IMG/VR virus record: IMGVR_UViG_3300037852_000247
Location: 1 to 64,000 of that record
Length of the DNA stretch: 64,000 nucleotides
Source of the DNA: a virus
Lineage: Duplodnaviria; Heunggongvirae; Uroviricota; Caudoviricetes
Direction: 5' to 3' (one strand)
Shown: piece after piece, positions 16,696-26,173 of the stretch
Position numbering within the stretch: the stretch's first letter is position 1
How the letters are laid out: each line of letters starts with the position of its first letter
Made by a program: the position numbers and the translations under genes
The notes under the pieces: generated by a model
The model's input: the letters and a program-made list of their open reading frames with translations, nothing else
What the model was told of the DNA's origin: nothing
Databases searched by the model: none

Positions 16696-17879
16696 TTATT
16701 CGATTGTTTCTAACCGCATTGACGCTGATCGGGGCAGGTGTGCTGCGCACCTTCGCTTACCCGATCGGAGCAATCGGCGCCGGCCGCGCGGCTGGTGGCC
16801 AGATGTCGAGCAGTGATGCGATCTCCACCGATTCGATCGTCACGATGCACTTCTACAGCAGTATCGGCGCCATAATCTGGATCGTCGCGGCTGTGCTGAT
16901 CTTCTGGATTTGGTGGAAGCATCTCAAGCGTGGCTGGGCGGCGCTATTAGCCGGCATGTTGGTAATGATTGTTGCCGGGCAGGCTCCCGCTTTCTACAGC
17001 GCGACGGACGTGACCGAGGCCTATGGCATCCTGCCGAACCACACGGCCTTCTGGGTGCCGGGAACCGGGGACACGAAGAACAATCAATCCCAGACCGAGT
17101 CCGAGGAGTTTCTGAGATCCAATAAGGTCGCTGGGAAGTTCTTCATCATCCCGCACGTGAAGCTATCGGGATCGACGTACATGGGTTGGGATAAGTACAT
17201 CCCGACCGGACGGCTCATTGTCGTCGACCGAGCGCCGTTCTTTCACGAGTGGACCAAGGCGGGTCGGGGAACCGATGCACAATCTGATCAATCCTTTCCG
17301 TGCCATTCGAAGGACAACATCGAGGTCTCGGCGGAGATGTCGCTGGCGTCCAGCGTCACCGAGGATAACGCCGCCAGGTTTCTCTTTTACTTTGGTGTCA
17401 ACCCACCGAGCGGCGATCCGGCGACACCCGAGGTGATTTTCACTTCCGTGTACCAGGGACGCACGCTCGCCCAGGTCATGGGGAGTTGGGGGCGCGGTGA
17501 GATCCAGAGCCGCGTCTGCCGTCACGTCAACGCCTACACGATCGAGGAGTTGGCACGCCACGGCAATGATATCCTGAATCAGATTCAGGACGAGGCGAAG
17601 ACATTTTTCGCTGGCTTCGGTATCACCATCGAGTACGTCGGATGGGCCGGCGGGTTCGGCTATCCGAAGGAGGTCAGGGACGCGATCAACACGCGCTTCG
17701 CCGCGGAACACATAGCGCCGGTCATCGAAACGTTGCGAGAGAAGGCGACTATCGACGCGATCAGCGGGTGGGATCGGCATTTGCCTGGAAGCGTGACGCT
17801 GCTTGGCGGAATCAGTAGCTGGGTCACGGATTTTTTAGGAATGGCCAAGACACCACCGCAGGCAGTAGCGAAACCATAA
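16692..17879 (+). CDS. Membrane protein with SPFH/band-7-like domain
   Basis: Three N-terminal hydrophobic helices, then FFIIPHVKLSGSTYMGW...EVSAEMSLASSV...TIEELARHGNDILNQIQDEAKTFFAGFGITIEYVGW, consistent with an SPFH fold. Tentative. Confidence 0.4.
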   Translation: MIIRLFLTALTLIGAGVLRTFAYPIGAIGAGRAAGGQMSSSDAISTDSIVTMHFYSSIGAIIWIVAAVLIFWIWWKHLKRGWAALLAGMLVMIVAGQAPAFYSATDVTEAYGILPNHTAFWVPGTGDTKNNQSQTESEEFLRSNKVAGKFFIIPHVKLSGSTYMGWDKYIPTGRLIVVDRAPFFHEWTKAGRGTDAQSDQSFPCHSKDNIEVSAEMSLASSVTEDNAARFLFYFGVNPPSGDPATPEVIFTSVYQGRTLAQVMGSWGRGEIQSRVCRHVNAYTIEELARHGNDILNQIQDEAKTFFAGFGITIEYVGWAGGFGYPKEVRDAINTRFAAEHIAPVIETLREKATIDAISGWDRHLPGSVTLLGGISSWVTDFLGMAKTPPQAVAKP

Positions 17880-17897
17880 ACTGGGAGTTTTAAGTTA

Positions 17898-19148
17898 GTG
17901 CCAAAAAACCAGCCAACCCCAATGCAATACTCGCTCGCGGCCCGCATCGCGCGCCGCCGGGAGGCACTCGCGAGGCGTCTAGTGGACCTCCGCGAGAGCC
18001 AGCGGCAGGTGGTGCAGGATATCGAGGATCTCGCGAACGAAATCGCCCGTCTCGACACTGACAAGGAGCTGGCCGCTGAATTGGCGGTTCGCTACCCGGA
18101 CGAGATCGCGGCGGAACTGCCGAAAAAGCGCGCCCCGAATAGCCGACCGACGCCCAGGCGGCCGGTGCCGAGCGGGCGGCCGTGGACGCCGGAGGAAGAG
18201 GCGGCGGTCATGGCGGGTGATCCGAAGGACGACAAGGCGCTGGCGGTGCAGCTTGATCGCAAGCCGGACAGCATCGTGAAGCGACGGCGCTTGATCCTGC
18301 GCGCCGGGCGGCCCTTTGCAGCGGATAGAACGCCCGATTCGGCCGAGGTTGCGGATGCTGAACGGTTCGACGAGGCGTTGCCGCAGCGCATGGACGAGCT
18401 TGCGCGAGTCACGAGCCCGCCAATGAGCGACGAGCAAAGGACCGACATGAACCGCGCGGTACAACGCGGTACACAGACGATCAATTCGCCGCGCGCAGCG
18501 GAAGCGGACGAGCCCATCGACGCTGATCCTGTAGCTCAACCGGATAGAGCGCTGGCGTCCGGTGCGCATGGCTCCGGCGGCGGTGGCGGCGGTGGCTGCG
18601 AATCTCGGCAGGATCGCCAGAACAACAGGTTGACTACGGCCGCCGAAAGCAGCGATGTGGGGGCTGGCGTCATTGAACAGCTACCCGAGCGGGCGGAGGT
18701 CGATGACCAGGAGAGAAAACCCCCGGAGGCCAATTTGCAGGCTGATGATGGGGCTGGAATCTCTAGTGAGACCAATGCCCGGCTAGCGTCCGGCGGAGGA
18801 CGCCGCTCCTGGGCCCATGGTGAAGACGACGGGCAGACGCGGGCAAGCGCCGCGGAAACGGGTGGAATCCCCGCCCAGGCCACCCCAGAAGCGGCGGGAG
18901 AGCCCGTCGAACCGCTTATGCACCCGGCCTGGACGAACGCTCCCGGACCATCACGTTCAGAAACACCGGGAAATATTGAACCCGTCAATGCGTCGGCGAG
19001 CATATTAGCCCGCGAGGCCGAGCTCGAGGCGCTCGATCGATTCGAGGCCGAGCACGGCGTCACCACGTGCCCGGCGCCAGGATCCGCCGAATTGGCGGCG
19101 CTCCCGATGCTGAGCAGGGCCTACATGGGGCGCAAGTGGAGCAGGTAG
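17898..19148 (+). CDS. Large low-complexity/disordered protein
   Basis: 416 aa, with a coiled-coil N-terminus, a GGGGGGG tract and Pro/Ala/Glu-rich segments. The alternative ATG at 17922 is equally plausible. Confidence 0.45.
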   Translation: MPKNQPTPMQYSLAARIARRREALARRLVDLRESQRQVVQDIEDLANEIARLDTDKELAAELAVRYPDEIAAELPKKRAPNSRPTPRRPVPSGRPWTPEEEAAVMAGDPKDDKALAVQLDRKPDSIVKRRRLILRAGRPFAADRTPDSAEVADAERFDEALPQRMDELARVTSPPMSDEQRTDMNRAVQRGTQTINSPRAAEADEPIDADPVAQPDRALASGAHGSGGGGGGGCESRQDRQNNRLTTAAESSDVGAGVIEQLPERAEVDDQERKPPEANLQADDGAGISSETNARLASGGGRRSWAHGEDDGQTRASAAETGGIPAQATPEAAGEPVEPLMHPAWTNAPGPSRSETPGNIEPVNASASILAREAELEALDRFEAEHGVTTCPAPGSAELAALPMLSRAYMGRKWSR

Positions 19149-19277
19149 GCGATGAGCGATGAATGGCCAGAAATGTGGTTCCGGTGGATTATGATTACGG
19201 TCCTTAGCAGCGGTCTAGCAGGCCTCGGAATCGGCCTCATTCTTGCCCTGACAAGGTGTAAATGACCGAGACAGACC

Positions 19278-19505
19278 TTGAGACTCTCGGATAGGGAGGG
19301 TGCGGATATGCTGTATCAGATCGTGTGGATGACCTGGGAGGTTCCGAAATCCGATACTCATGACGAGTGGCGCTCGCTGAACGTCGAGGAACCCTACGTC
19401 ACCGGATGGATATCGCGAATTACAGGTCGACGAGCGATGGTGGCTACCACGACGCCGAGGACGCGGGGCGATAATATCGCCGCTCCTCGCGATCCTCTCC
19501 TTTAG
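19278..19505 (+). CDS. Hypothetical small protein
   Basis: 75-aa ORF. Confidence 0.25.
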   Translation: MRLSDREGADMLYQIVWMTWEVPKSDTHDEWRSLNVEEPYVTGWISRITGRRAMVATTTPRTRGDNIAAPRDPLL

Positions 19506-19508
19506 GCT

Positions 19509-19803
19509 TCACCGCGCGTCGTCGCCGTCACCATTGCCATGATGATTCCTCGCGAGCTTACGGATGGCGGCGGCGCGGTCTTCGATCTCCGCCGACCAGA
19601 TTTCCAATAATATGGCGCGTGCTTCTGGTTCCGGGGTCGAGTCGATCAGGGCGTCCCATTTTGCGGTTTCGCGAGAGCGGAGGCGACGGTGCCTGGCGCG
19701 GGCCGCCCTGACGATTTGATCGGATCGTCGCGGGCTGATTGGCCGGTTCCCGGTCGCCCATCGGTGGATCAATCGCTCGTCGACCTGTAATTCGCGATGC
19801 ATA
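19509..19803 (-). CDS. Hypothetical DNA-binding-like protein
   Basis: MHRELQVDERLIHRWATGNRPISPRRSD. The start was placed at an internal Met. Confidence 0.35.
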
Positions 19804-19969
19804 GCCGCCTTCCACCTCGGGCCGAACAAATATCGCCCGAAATTGGCAAGACTAGATGGTGAAAGCCTGAAAATAGGTCGTAATCGGACGTTGTCCATGA
19901 TTCCTTTAATTAAGCCTGGACTCCCCGCACCAACATGCTTTTCTCTCGAACGTATTTCTGAAAACATTG

Positions 19970-20198
19970 GTTGTTGTCAAGACGTTGATGCGCCGATTTT
20001 TGAGGGATGGCGCCATCTTGGGTTTGATAAGCGGTGCACCGGCGAGAGGGTTGCGCGGCAGGGGGGATAACCCTCTGGCTGGCAGGTCGTGCCGCAATAG
20101 TTGCATAAAAGTTGTTAAGTATTCAAAGTATTTTTTTGACGGTTATTGGACGGTTATTTGTACGCTAGAAGTATATTCTTGACGACCGGGAGTATTTC
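19970..20198. promoter_or_regulatory. AT-rich intergenic regulatory region with direct repeats
   Basis: GC content drops sharply. Direct repeat TTGACGGTTATTGGACGGTTATTTG. Inverted repeat GCGGCAGGGGGGATAACCCTCTGGCTGGCAGGTCGTGCCGC. Possibly a module boundary. Confidence 0.4.
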
Positions 20199-20888
20199 AT
20201 GCTAGAGCCCGGCTCACACAATTCACCGCTGGAAATATGCCCGCTGCCGAAAACGCGCGTCGCGCTTCGCAGGTCGCTTGCATTGAAGTCGAAGCGCCGC
20301 GGGTCTAAACGTAAAGCGGGGCCGCGGTACCCCAACGGACAACTTCGGCATCGCCATGCGGTTGAGGACCCGGGCAGGCCGACCCCTCAGCGATTCCGGC
20401 ATGGCGCCGTCGCCAGACTCGAGAAGCCCATAGCCGACGACGACGGCAGGCCAGTGCGGCCATATCGCGCCGCCAGCTTTCTTTCTGAACTCGAGGCCGC
20501 CGGCCTTATCGACCCCAGGACCGGCAAGCCGATCGACAAGAAGACATGGGCGGAGATGCGCGCCACCGCCGAAGACTTCCGCGCACAGTTCTACAAGGCA
20601 AAATTAGACCGGCTGGGCGCCGCCCAATTGGTGCGCAGCGCCCACTCGACCGGAACAGCCCTGCCGCCTCCCCGCGTCGAGGACGCGCGCGTATCCGTGT
20701 GGCGATCGATCTGCGCGGTCGGCGGCCTCGCGTCGCTGGGTGGTTCGTGCCTGTGGCACGTCATCGGCTTCGAATGCGATTTGGCCAGCTGGGCGCCACC
20801 AGGATGGATCGGACGCGGGATCACCGTCTCGGAGGCCCAGGACATTTTGATTTCAACCCTGGCCACGCTGACGGAGCACCATCGATGA
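20199..20888 (+). CDS. Hypothetical protein
   Basis: 229-aa ORF with a basic N-terminus. Confidence 0.4.
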   Translation: MLEPGSHNSPLEICPLPKTRVALRRSLALKSKRRGSKRKAGPRYPNGQLRHRHAVEDPGRPTPQRFRHGAVARLEKPIADDDGRPVRPYRAASFLSELEAAGLIDPRTGKPIDKKTWAEMRATAEDFRAQFYKAKLDRLGAAQLVRSAHSTGTALPPPRVEDARVSVWRSICAVGGLASLGGSCLWHVIGFECDLASWAPPGWIGRGITVSEAQDILISTLATLTEHHR

Positions 20889-21895
20889 TTCAGTCCATCT
20901 GCCTGCTGGGATCTTTCCGGGTTTGCGCGGATCCATCGGTCACGATCCCGAAGAAAGGCAAGGCGCTGCTGGCATTGCTGGCGATAGCCGCGCTTGACGG
21001 CGATGGGATGAGCCGGCACCAGCTGGCGAAGATGCTGTGGCCTTACCTGGATTACCACCAGGCCCGCCACCGCCTGCGCCACTGCCTAATGGAGTTGCGC
21101 AAGGAGATGCGCGCGGAGGCCGTCAAAACTCTCATCACTGATTTAGTCGATTGCCGCGCCGATGTATCAACGGACGTCGCCGATTTTGCGCGGCTGGAGA
21201 AATCCAACAACCAGCATGACCTCGAACTGGCCGCGAATCTCTACCGCGGCGATATGCTGGGTGATTTATGGATCAAGTCGGAGCCGTTCCGCGAGTGGCT
21301 CACTCTCGAGCAGGAGATGTGGCGGGTGCGGGCGATGAAGGTGCTGGTGCGGCTTTCCGGAATTGCCCGTGACAATGCCGATCACCCTGTCGCGATTGCC
21401 GCCGCCCGACGCCTAGTGCAGATCGACCCGCTCAACGAGGACAACCAGCGGCTATTGATCGTGACCCTCGATACCGCCGGACAGCACGGCGAAGCGAAGC
21501 GACAATATCGCCGCTGCCGCAAGACGCTCAAGGAGGAATTGGGCATCGATCCCGACCCCGAAACGAGAGACCTCGCCGAGCGGCTGTTTACCGTCAAGAA
21601 TATTCAGCAGGCCAAGCCCGTCGAGATGATTTGGGCGGTCGAACGGGCGGAGGAGATTCGCGATAATCTGGACCACAGTGCCAGCCTAGTCGAAGCCTTG
21701 CGCATCGACCGCGAAGTGATGGCGAAAGTGCTGTCGCACCTGGAACAGATCATCGACACGAAGCATGTCGGCATGAAGTCGCTCGAACGGATGCGCGACG
21801 CGATCAAACACCGTTTGGGGGACGAGCATCTCGCCACCGCGCCCCGGCATCGCCCGCAATCAAACGGCGAGGTGGGCGTCGAGGTGAGGGCCTAA
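20885..21895 (+). CDS. SARP-family transcriptional activator (winged-helix + BTAD)
   Basis: LLGSFRVCADPSVTIPKKGKALLALLAIAALDGDGMSRHQLAKMLW is an OmpR-type winged helix. LYRGDMLGDLWIKSEPFREWLTLEQEMWRVRAMKVLVRL is BTAD-like. Confidence 0.6.
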   Translation: MIQSICLLGSFRVCADPSVTIPKKGKALLALLAIAALDGDGMSRHQLAKMLWPYLDYHQARHRLRHCLMELRKEMRAEAVKTLITDLVDCRADVSTDVADFARLEKSNNQHDLELAANLYRGDMLGDLWIKSEPFREWLTLEQEMWRVRAMKVLVRLSGIARDNADHPVAIAAARRLVQIDPLNEDNQRLLIVTLDTAGQHGEAKRQYRRCRKTLKEELGIDPDPETRDLAERLFTVKNIQQAKPVEMIWAVERAEEIRDNLDHSASLVEALRIDREVMAKVLSHLEQIIDTKHVGMKSLERMRDAIKHRLGDEHLATAPRHRPQSNGEVGVEVRA

Positions 21896-21907
21896 CCGGC
21901 GATCATC

Positions 21908-22102
21908 GTGGGATGGCTCTTCCTAGGGTATATCTCGTTTGGCGCAGGGGTCGTGGCCATGGCGCTGATCGATCACCCGAAGGGACGCGAATGGTTTCTG
22001 GTGCCGTTCGCTTTGGTCTGCTGGCCGTTTGCCCTTGTAGTATGGCATCGATGCCGCGGACCGCTCGATCGATCTGAACCTCCCGAATCCAACCGTCGAT
22101 AA
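21908..22102 (+). CDS. Small membrane protein
   Basis: Two hydrophobic helices. Confidence 0.35.
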   Translation: MGWLFLGYISFGAGVVAMALIDHPKGREWFLVPFALVCWPFALVVWHRCRGPLDRSEPPESNRR

Positions 22103-22152
22103 TAGAGATTATCGGTGGTTGGGAGTGAGGGGCAAAGTACGGTGGGGAGCCC

Positions 22153-22455
22153 ATGAAACAAGCCGTCCGAGAGAACCGCCTGGGCAAGGTCCGCGTAGCC
22201 GAATGCATGCTCGACCAGGCTCCGAAGATGGCGTGGCTGCGCTCCCGGATGGACGTGTTTGAAGAACTCCACGACGCCAACAATGGCTGGGTCTGGTTTG
22301 TCGGCTATGCGCCGGAGTTCGATGCGCTTGAGCTTGGGGAACAGGCACCGGAGTACGATGCGGTCTTAACTTACGAGATCATCGATGACCCGCCGCCGCC
22401 CCTGCTGACCTTCCGACGTCGCGAGCCCTGGGAAGTTCGCTCTAAATTAACGTAA
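22153..22455 (+). CDS. Hypothetical protein
   Basis: 100-aa ORF. Confidence 0.4.
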   Translation: MKQAVRENRLGKVRVAECMLDQAPKMAWLRSRMDVFEELHDANNGWVWFVGYAPEFDALELGEQAPEYDAVLTYEIIDDPPPPLLTFRRREPWEVRSKLT

Positions 22456-22473
22456 TCTCGCAGGGAGGCGGCC

Positions 22474-23556
22474 ATGGCGACTTTGCCGGTGCCGCTGACC
22501 AGATGGGAAATCAGCCGGGAAATCGGCAAATCGGCCGATCTCGGCCGAACGGCGGCCGAATTCGCGCGGCACTCGCGCGCGCCGGCGACCGAGAGCGCTT
22601 ACGCCTCGGATTGGGCCGATTTTTCCTTCTGGTGCGAGTCCGCCGGGCTCATCCCGCTGCCGGCCGCGCCGGTGACGATCGGCGCTTATCTCTCAGATCG
22701 CTCGGGCATCCTCAAGGTCTCCACCCTCAATCGCCGGCTGGCGGCGATCACCGCAATGCATCGGCTCGGCGGTCATGGCCTCGATGGCAAGCACCCCGCG
22801 ATTGCGTTGGTGCTGGCCGGCATCCGGCGGACCTATGGCACCCGGCAGGTTGCGAAGCGGGCGCTGCTGACCGAGGACCTCCGGCGCATCGTTCGAAAGC
22901 TGCGGGTCGAGCGGCCTGGCGGCTGCCGCGATCGCGCGGTGCTGTTGGTCGCCTTTGGTGCTGCGCTGCGCCGCTCCGAGCTGATCGCGCTCGACCGCGA
23001 CGACATCACCATCACCCAGGCTGGCCTGACGATCCTGGTGCGCCGGTCGAAAACCGACCAGGAAGGGCAAGGCCGCGAGATCGGGATTCCGCGGTCGCGT
23101 AAATCGACGACCTGTCCGGTGGCGGCGCTCGAAGCCTGGCTGGAGTTGACTGGGGGGGGCGGAAAATCCCCCCAGTCGGAAACCCCGGAATTTTCCGGTG
23201 AACGAATCATCAACGGGAAACCTCCGAATGAAACCTCCGACACCGGGAAATCTTCCGGAGGTTTCCCGACACCGCTCTTCACCCGGGTCGACCACGGCAG
23301 GATTACCGCCGACCGGCTGACCGGCCGGGCTGTCGCGGAGATCGTCAAGCGGGCCGCAAAGCGGGTCGGCATCGACCCCTCGAAGGTCGCCGGGCACAGT
23401 CTGCGCAGCGGCTTCGCCACCAGCGCCGCACGCGGCGGAGCGAGCCTCGCCGACATCATGGCCCAGACCGGGCACAAAAATAGCGATGTTGCGATGCGGT
23501 ATGTGCAGCGCGGCAAAATCCTGCAGAACCCCGCCTCGAAGGCTGTTCGGCTATGA
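22474..23556 (+). CDS. Second tyrosine recombinase/integrase with in-frame structured insertion
   Basis: N-terminal SAM-like domain ESAYASDWADFSFWCESAGL. Box I ALRRSELIALDRDDI. Box II and catalytic Tyr HSLRSGFATSAARGG...GHKNSDVAMRYVQ. About 39 extra residues are encoded by 23150-23270. Confidence 0.8.
   Translation: MATLPVPLTRWEISREIGKSADLGRTAAEFARHSRAPATESAYASDWADFSFWCESAGLIPLPAAPVTIGAYLSDRSGILKVSTLNRRLAAITAMHRLGGHGLDGKHPAIALVLAGIRRTYGTRQVAKRALLTEDLRRIVRKLRVERPGGCRDRAVLLVAFGAALRRSELIALDRDDITITQAGLTILVRRSKTDQEGQGREIGIPRSRKSTTCPVAALEAWLELTGGGGKSPQSETPEFSGERIINGKPPNETSDTGKSSGGFPTPLFTRVDHGRITADRLTGRAVAEIVKRAAKRVGIDPSKVAGHSLRSGFATSAARGGASLADIMAQTGHKNSDVAMRYVQRGKILQNPASKAVRL
23150..23270 (+). repeat. 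Hairpin-rich element embedded in frame in the second integrase
   Basis: GGGGGGGGCGGAAAATCCCCCC hairpin and CCGGAATTTTCCGG hairpin. Perfect 12-bp inverted repeat GGGAAACCTCCG (23215-23226) / CGGAGGTTTCCC (23256-23267). Internal direct repeat GAAACCTCCGA x2. Confidence 0.55.
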
Positions 23557-23795
23557 ACCTCGCGACGCTTGCGGCCCCCGCTGACGGTATGAGCGGCGGC
23601 TGCGCCTATCTGATCGACGACGCGGCGGGGCGACACGACTGCGGCGCGTTGCGGCGACCGTGCTCGCCTTATTGCGCGGAGCACCATGCGATCTGCCACG
23701 TGGTGATCGGCAGCCGGAGCGAGACCCGAAAGCTCTGGTGGTTCGAATATTTGGCCGACAAGGCTGGCAAGGGTCGTCTCCCGCTGGGTCATTGA
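23553..23795 (+). CDS. Hypothetical Cys/His-containing small protein
   Basis: CAYLID...CSPYCAEHHAICH. Confidence 0.35.
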   Translation: MNLATLAAPADGMSGGCAYLIDDAAGRHDCGALRRPCSPYCAEHHAICHVVIGSRSETRKLWWFEYLADKAGKGRLPLGH

Positions 23796-23832
23796 GCGGC
23801 GCGCCTTAACGTTCATCAGCGGAGGGTTTCAC

Positions 23833-24138
23833 GTGAACCAATCACCCGAACCTGCCCGCATCATGCCGTTGTTCGATGAGGACGAGCTCGAGCTCGCGGT
23901 CGAGTTTGGGGCCGCCCGCAGCTGCGCCCTGGTGCGCGAGTTGATGCGTGTCGCGCCCCAAAACATTATCCCGCCGCGCTATCTGCAGTGGACGCCGCGC
24001 CTGTCGGAGGGGGTCTTTGTGCTCACCGATCGCGCCGCTTTTCTGGTGGCGCCGGAGGACGTGGACGAATTCTGCCCCACTTTAGAGATGATGATCAGGG
24101 GGGAGTTGCGCGACGGGGAGGTACAAGGGAATTGCTGA
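23833..24138 (+). CDS. Hypothetical protein
   Basis: 101-aa ORF. Confidence 0.4.
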   Translation: MNQSPEPARIMPLFDEDELELAVEFGAARSCALVRELMRVAPQNIIPPRYLQWTPRLSEGVFVLTDRAAFLVAPEDVDEFCPTLEMMIRGELRDGEVQGNC

Positions 24139-24363
24139 TTGTCCGCGCATCCCGCTCCCGTTGAGTCCACCAAGCCGCGGCGGTCGCCGGGCTATTACGT
24201 CCTTCAAGTCCTCACTACCACCGGGAACGGGGATCCCGGAATCGTCTCCGTGACTGCCGGTCCATTCATCGAATTCGGCAACGCCTGGTACTCCGCCGGC
24301 GCGATCCGCCGGATCTATCCGGATCGAATCTTCATCGCCGCGGAAATGTTCTGAGGATCCAAA

Positions 24364-24735
24364 ATGCCGCTCGACCCTGAAATAAAGCGCCTGCGCAAAC
24401 TCTCGCCCGCGGCGCTCGCCGACGAGGCTGGTGCGCTGAAGGCGCGGACTGAGGCCATCAAGGATGAGGCGATCCGGCGCGGCCTGAAGAAGGCCGAGGG
24501 GCAATTCTGGAAGCTGGCCCTAACCCCACCCGGGCAGTCGAACCGCACCGACAAGAGCCGGCTGCTGGCGGTGCTGGGCATCTCCGAGAGCGAATACCTG
24601 ACGCGCTTCACCACCCCGACGCAGACCGATTGGGTGATGCGGTGCACGGCGAGGAAGGTGCTGCGAGCGGCGGCGTCGGCGTGGGCGGCGAAGGCGGTGG
24701 AGGCAAAGGCGCGGCGTGAGCCGAGAGCGCTTTGA
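24364..24735 (+). CDS. Hypothetical protein
   Basis: 123-aa ORF. GCGCTTTGAAT is repeated twice directly downstream (24728-24757). Confidence 0.4.
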   Translation: MPLDPEIKRLRKLSPAALADEAGALKARTEAIKDEAIRRGLKKAEGQFWKLALTPPGQSNRTDKSRLLAVLGISESEYLTRFTTPTQTDWVMRCTARKVLRAAASAWAAKAVEAKARREPRAL

Positions 24736-24778
24736 ATAGCTCGGGCGCTTTGAATTAAATCAAACATGGGAATAATCA

Positions 24779-26173
24779 ATGGCGCGAGGCGGAGCGCGGG
24801 TTGGAGCGGGTCGGAAGGCCCAAAAAAGGCCCAACACTTCCCCCGTGTCGCGCGCCCGCGCGCCCGCGCGCGAGTCGGACGGAAATCAAAGGCCGTGGCC
24901 GGCCGACAAGGTCGAGCGATGGTTGATCGATCGGTTGATCCCATACGCTCGAAATGCTCGCACTCATAGCGACGAGCAGGTAGCGCAGATCGCGACCTCG
25001 ATCCGCGAATTTGGCTTCACCAACCCGGTGCTCGTTGACGAAGCGGGTACGCTGATCGCCGGGCATGGCCGTGTGCTCGGGGCGCACCAGCTTGGCATTA
25101 CCGATGTGCCGACGATGGTGGCGCGCGGGTGGACGCCGGCGCAAATCCAGGCTTACCGGCTCGCCGACAACAAGCTGGCGCTCAACGCCGGGTGGGACCC
25201 GGAATTGCTTCGGCTTGAGCTCGGAGAGCTGAAGCTCGGCGGCTTTGATTTATCGCTGACCGGGTTTGGCGAGCTCGAACTCAAAGACATCATGGCCGAG
25301 CGGACCGAGGGGCTTACCGACCCCGACGACACGCCCGCGGTGCCCGAGCATCCGGTCTCGGTGGCGGGCGATTTGTGGATCCTCGGGCGGCATCGTCTCC
25401 TCTGCGGCGACAGCACGGTCGCGACGGACGTTGAGCGCGTGCTCGGCGGCGTCGAGCCGCACCTGATGGTCACCGACCCGCCTTATGGGCTCAATTACGA
25501 CGCTAATTGGCGGAACGAGGTTGAGAAGCTCAACTTTCGGACGCGCGGAACTTCCGCCACCGGGCCAGTGCTTAACGACGACAGGTCTGACTGGACCGAA
25601 GCGTGGGCTCTATTCCCTGGAGAAGTTACGTATGTTTGGTGCGCCTCGCTCCAGTGTCCCGCTGTTGCCGCGCATCTTAGACAATGTGGATTTGAACCTC
25701 GCAATTTGATCATATGGGCAAAAAGCAGCCTCGTGGTCAGCCGCGGCCACTATCATCCGCAGCACGAAACCTGCTGGTATTCGGTTCGCAAAGGCAAAAC
25801 AGGACATTGGACGGGCGATCGAAAACAATCGACGCTTTGGCAAATCGTCAAGTCAAATAAGCTGGAGACCGGGCACTCGACGCAAAAGCCGGTCGAGTGC
25901 ATGCGCCGGCCGATCGAGAATAACTCCTCATCCGGCCAGGCGGTCTATGAGCCTTTCTGTGGTAGTGGGACAACGATAATCGCGGCCGCGATGACCGGCC
26001 GCGCTTGCCACGCTATCGAACTCAGCCCGCAATATGTCGACGTCGGCGTCAAGCGCTGGCAGGACTTCACGGGCGAGGCCGCGGTGCTAGAGGGCGACGG
26101 CCGCACCTTCGACCAGATCGCCGCTGAGCGGCAGCCTCAAGCGGCTACGTCCGAGGCTGCAGATGCCGCGTGA
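24779..26173 (+). CDS. ParB-like nuclease domain fused to DNA methyltransferase (N6/N4 type)
   Basis: ParB-N domain RLIPYARNARTHSDEQVAQIATSIREFGFTNPVLVD...GHGRV. Methyltransferase motif IV DPPY and motif I FCGSGTT. The first ~22 nt (ATGGCGCGAGGCGGAGCGCG) are identical to the start of terS at 27608. Confidence 0.8.
   Translation: MARGGARVGAGRKAQKRPNTSPVSRARAPARESDGNQRPWPADKVERWLIDRLIPYARNARTHSDEQVAQIATSIREFGFTNPVLVDEAGTLIAGHGRVLGAHQLGITDVPTMVARGWTPAQIQAYRLADNKLALNAGWDPELLRLELGELKLGGFDLSLTGFGELELKDIMAERTEGLTDPDDTPAVPEHPVSVAGDLWILGRHRLLCGDSTVATDVERVLGGVEPHLMVTDPPYGLNYDANWRNEVEKLNFRTRGTSATGPVLNDDRSDWTEAWALFPGEVTYVWCASLQCPAVAAHLRQCGFEPRNLIIWAKSSLVVSRGHYHPQHETCWYSVRKGKTGHWTGDRKQSTLWQIVKSNKLETGHSTQKPVECMRRPIENNSSSGQAVYEPFCGSGTTIIAAAMTGRACHAIELSPQYVDVGVKRWQDFTGEAAVLEGDGRTFDQIAAERQPQAATSEAADAA

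Noticed and set aside
20546-20884. N-terminal extension (ORF 20546..21895, 449 aa) of the SARP regulator.
   Set aside because: The extension is Arg/Pro-rich and overlaps the upstream gene 20199..20888 in another frame. The conserved winged-helix domain begins at the ATG at 20885.
22693-23816. Minus-strand ORFs of 260-327 aa antisense to the second integrase.
   Set aside because: Arg/Ala/Pro-rich high-GC antisense frames. The plus-strand integrase motifs are unambiguous.
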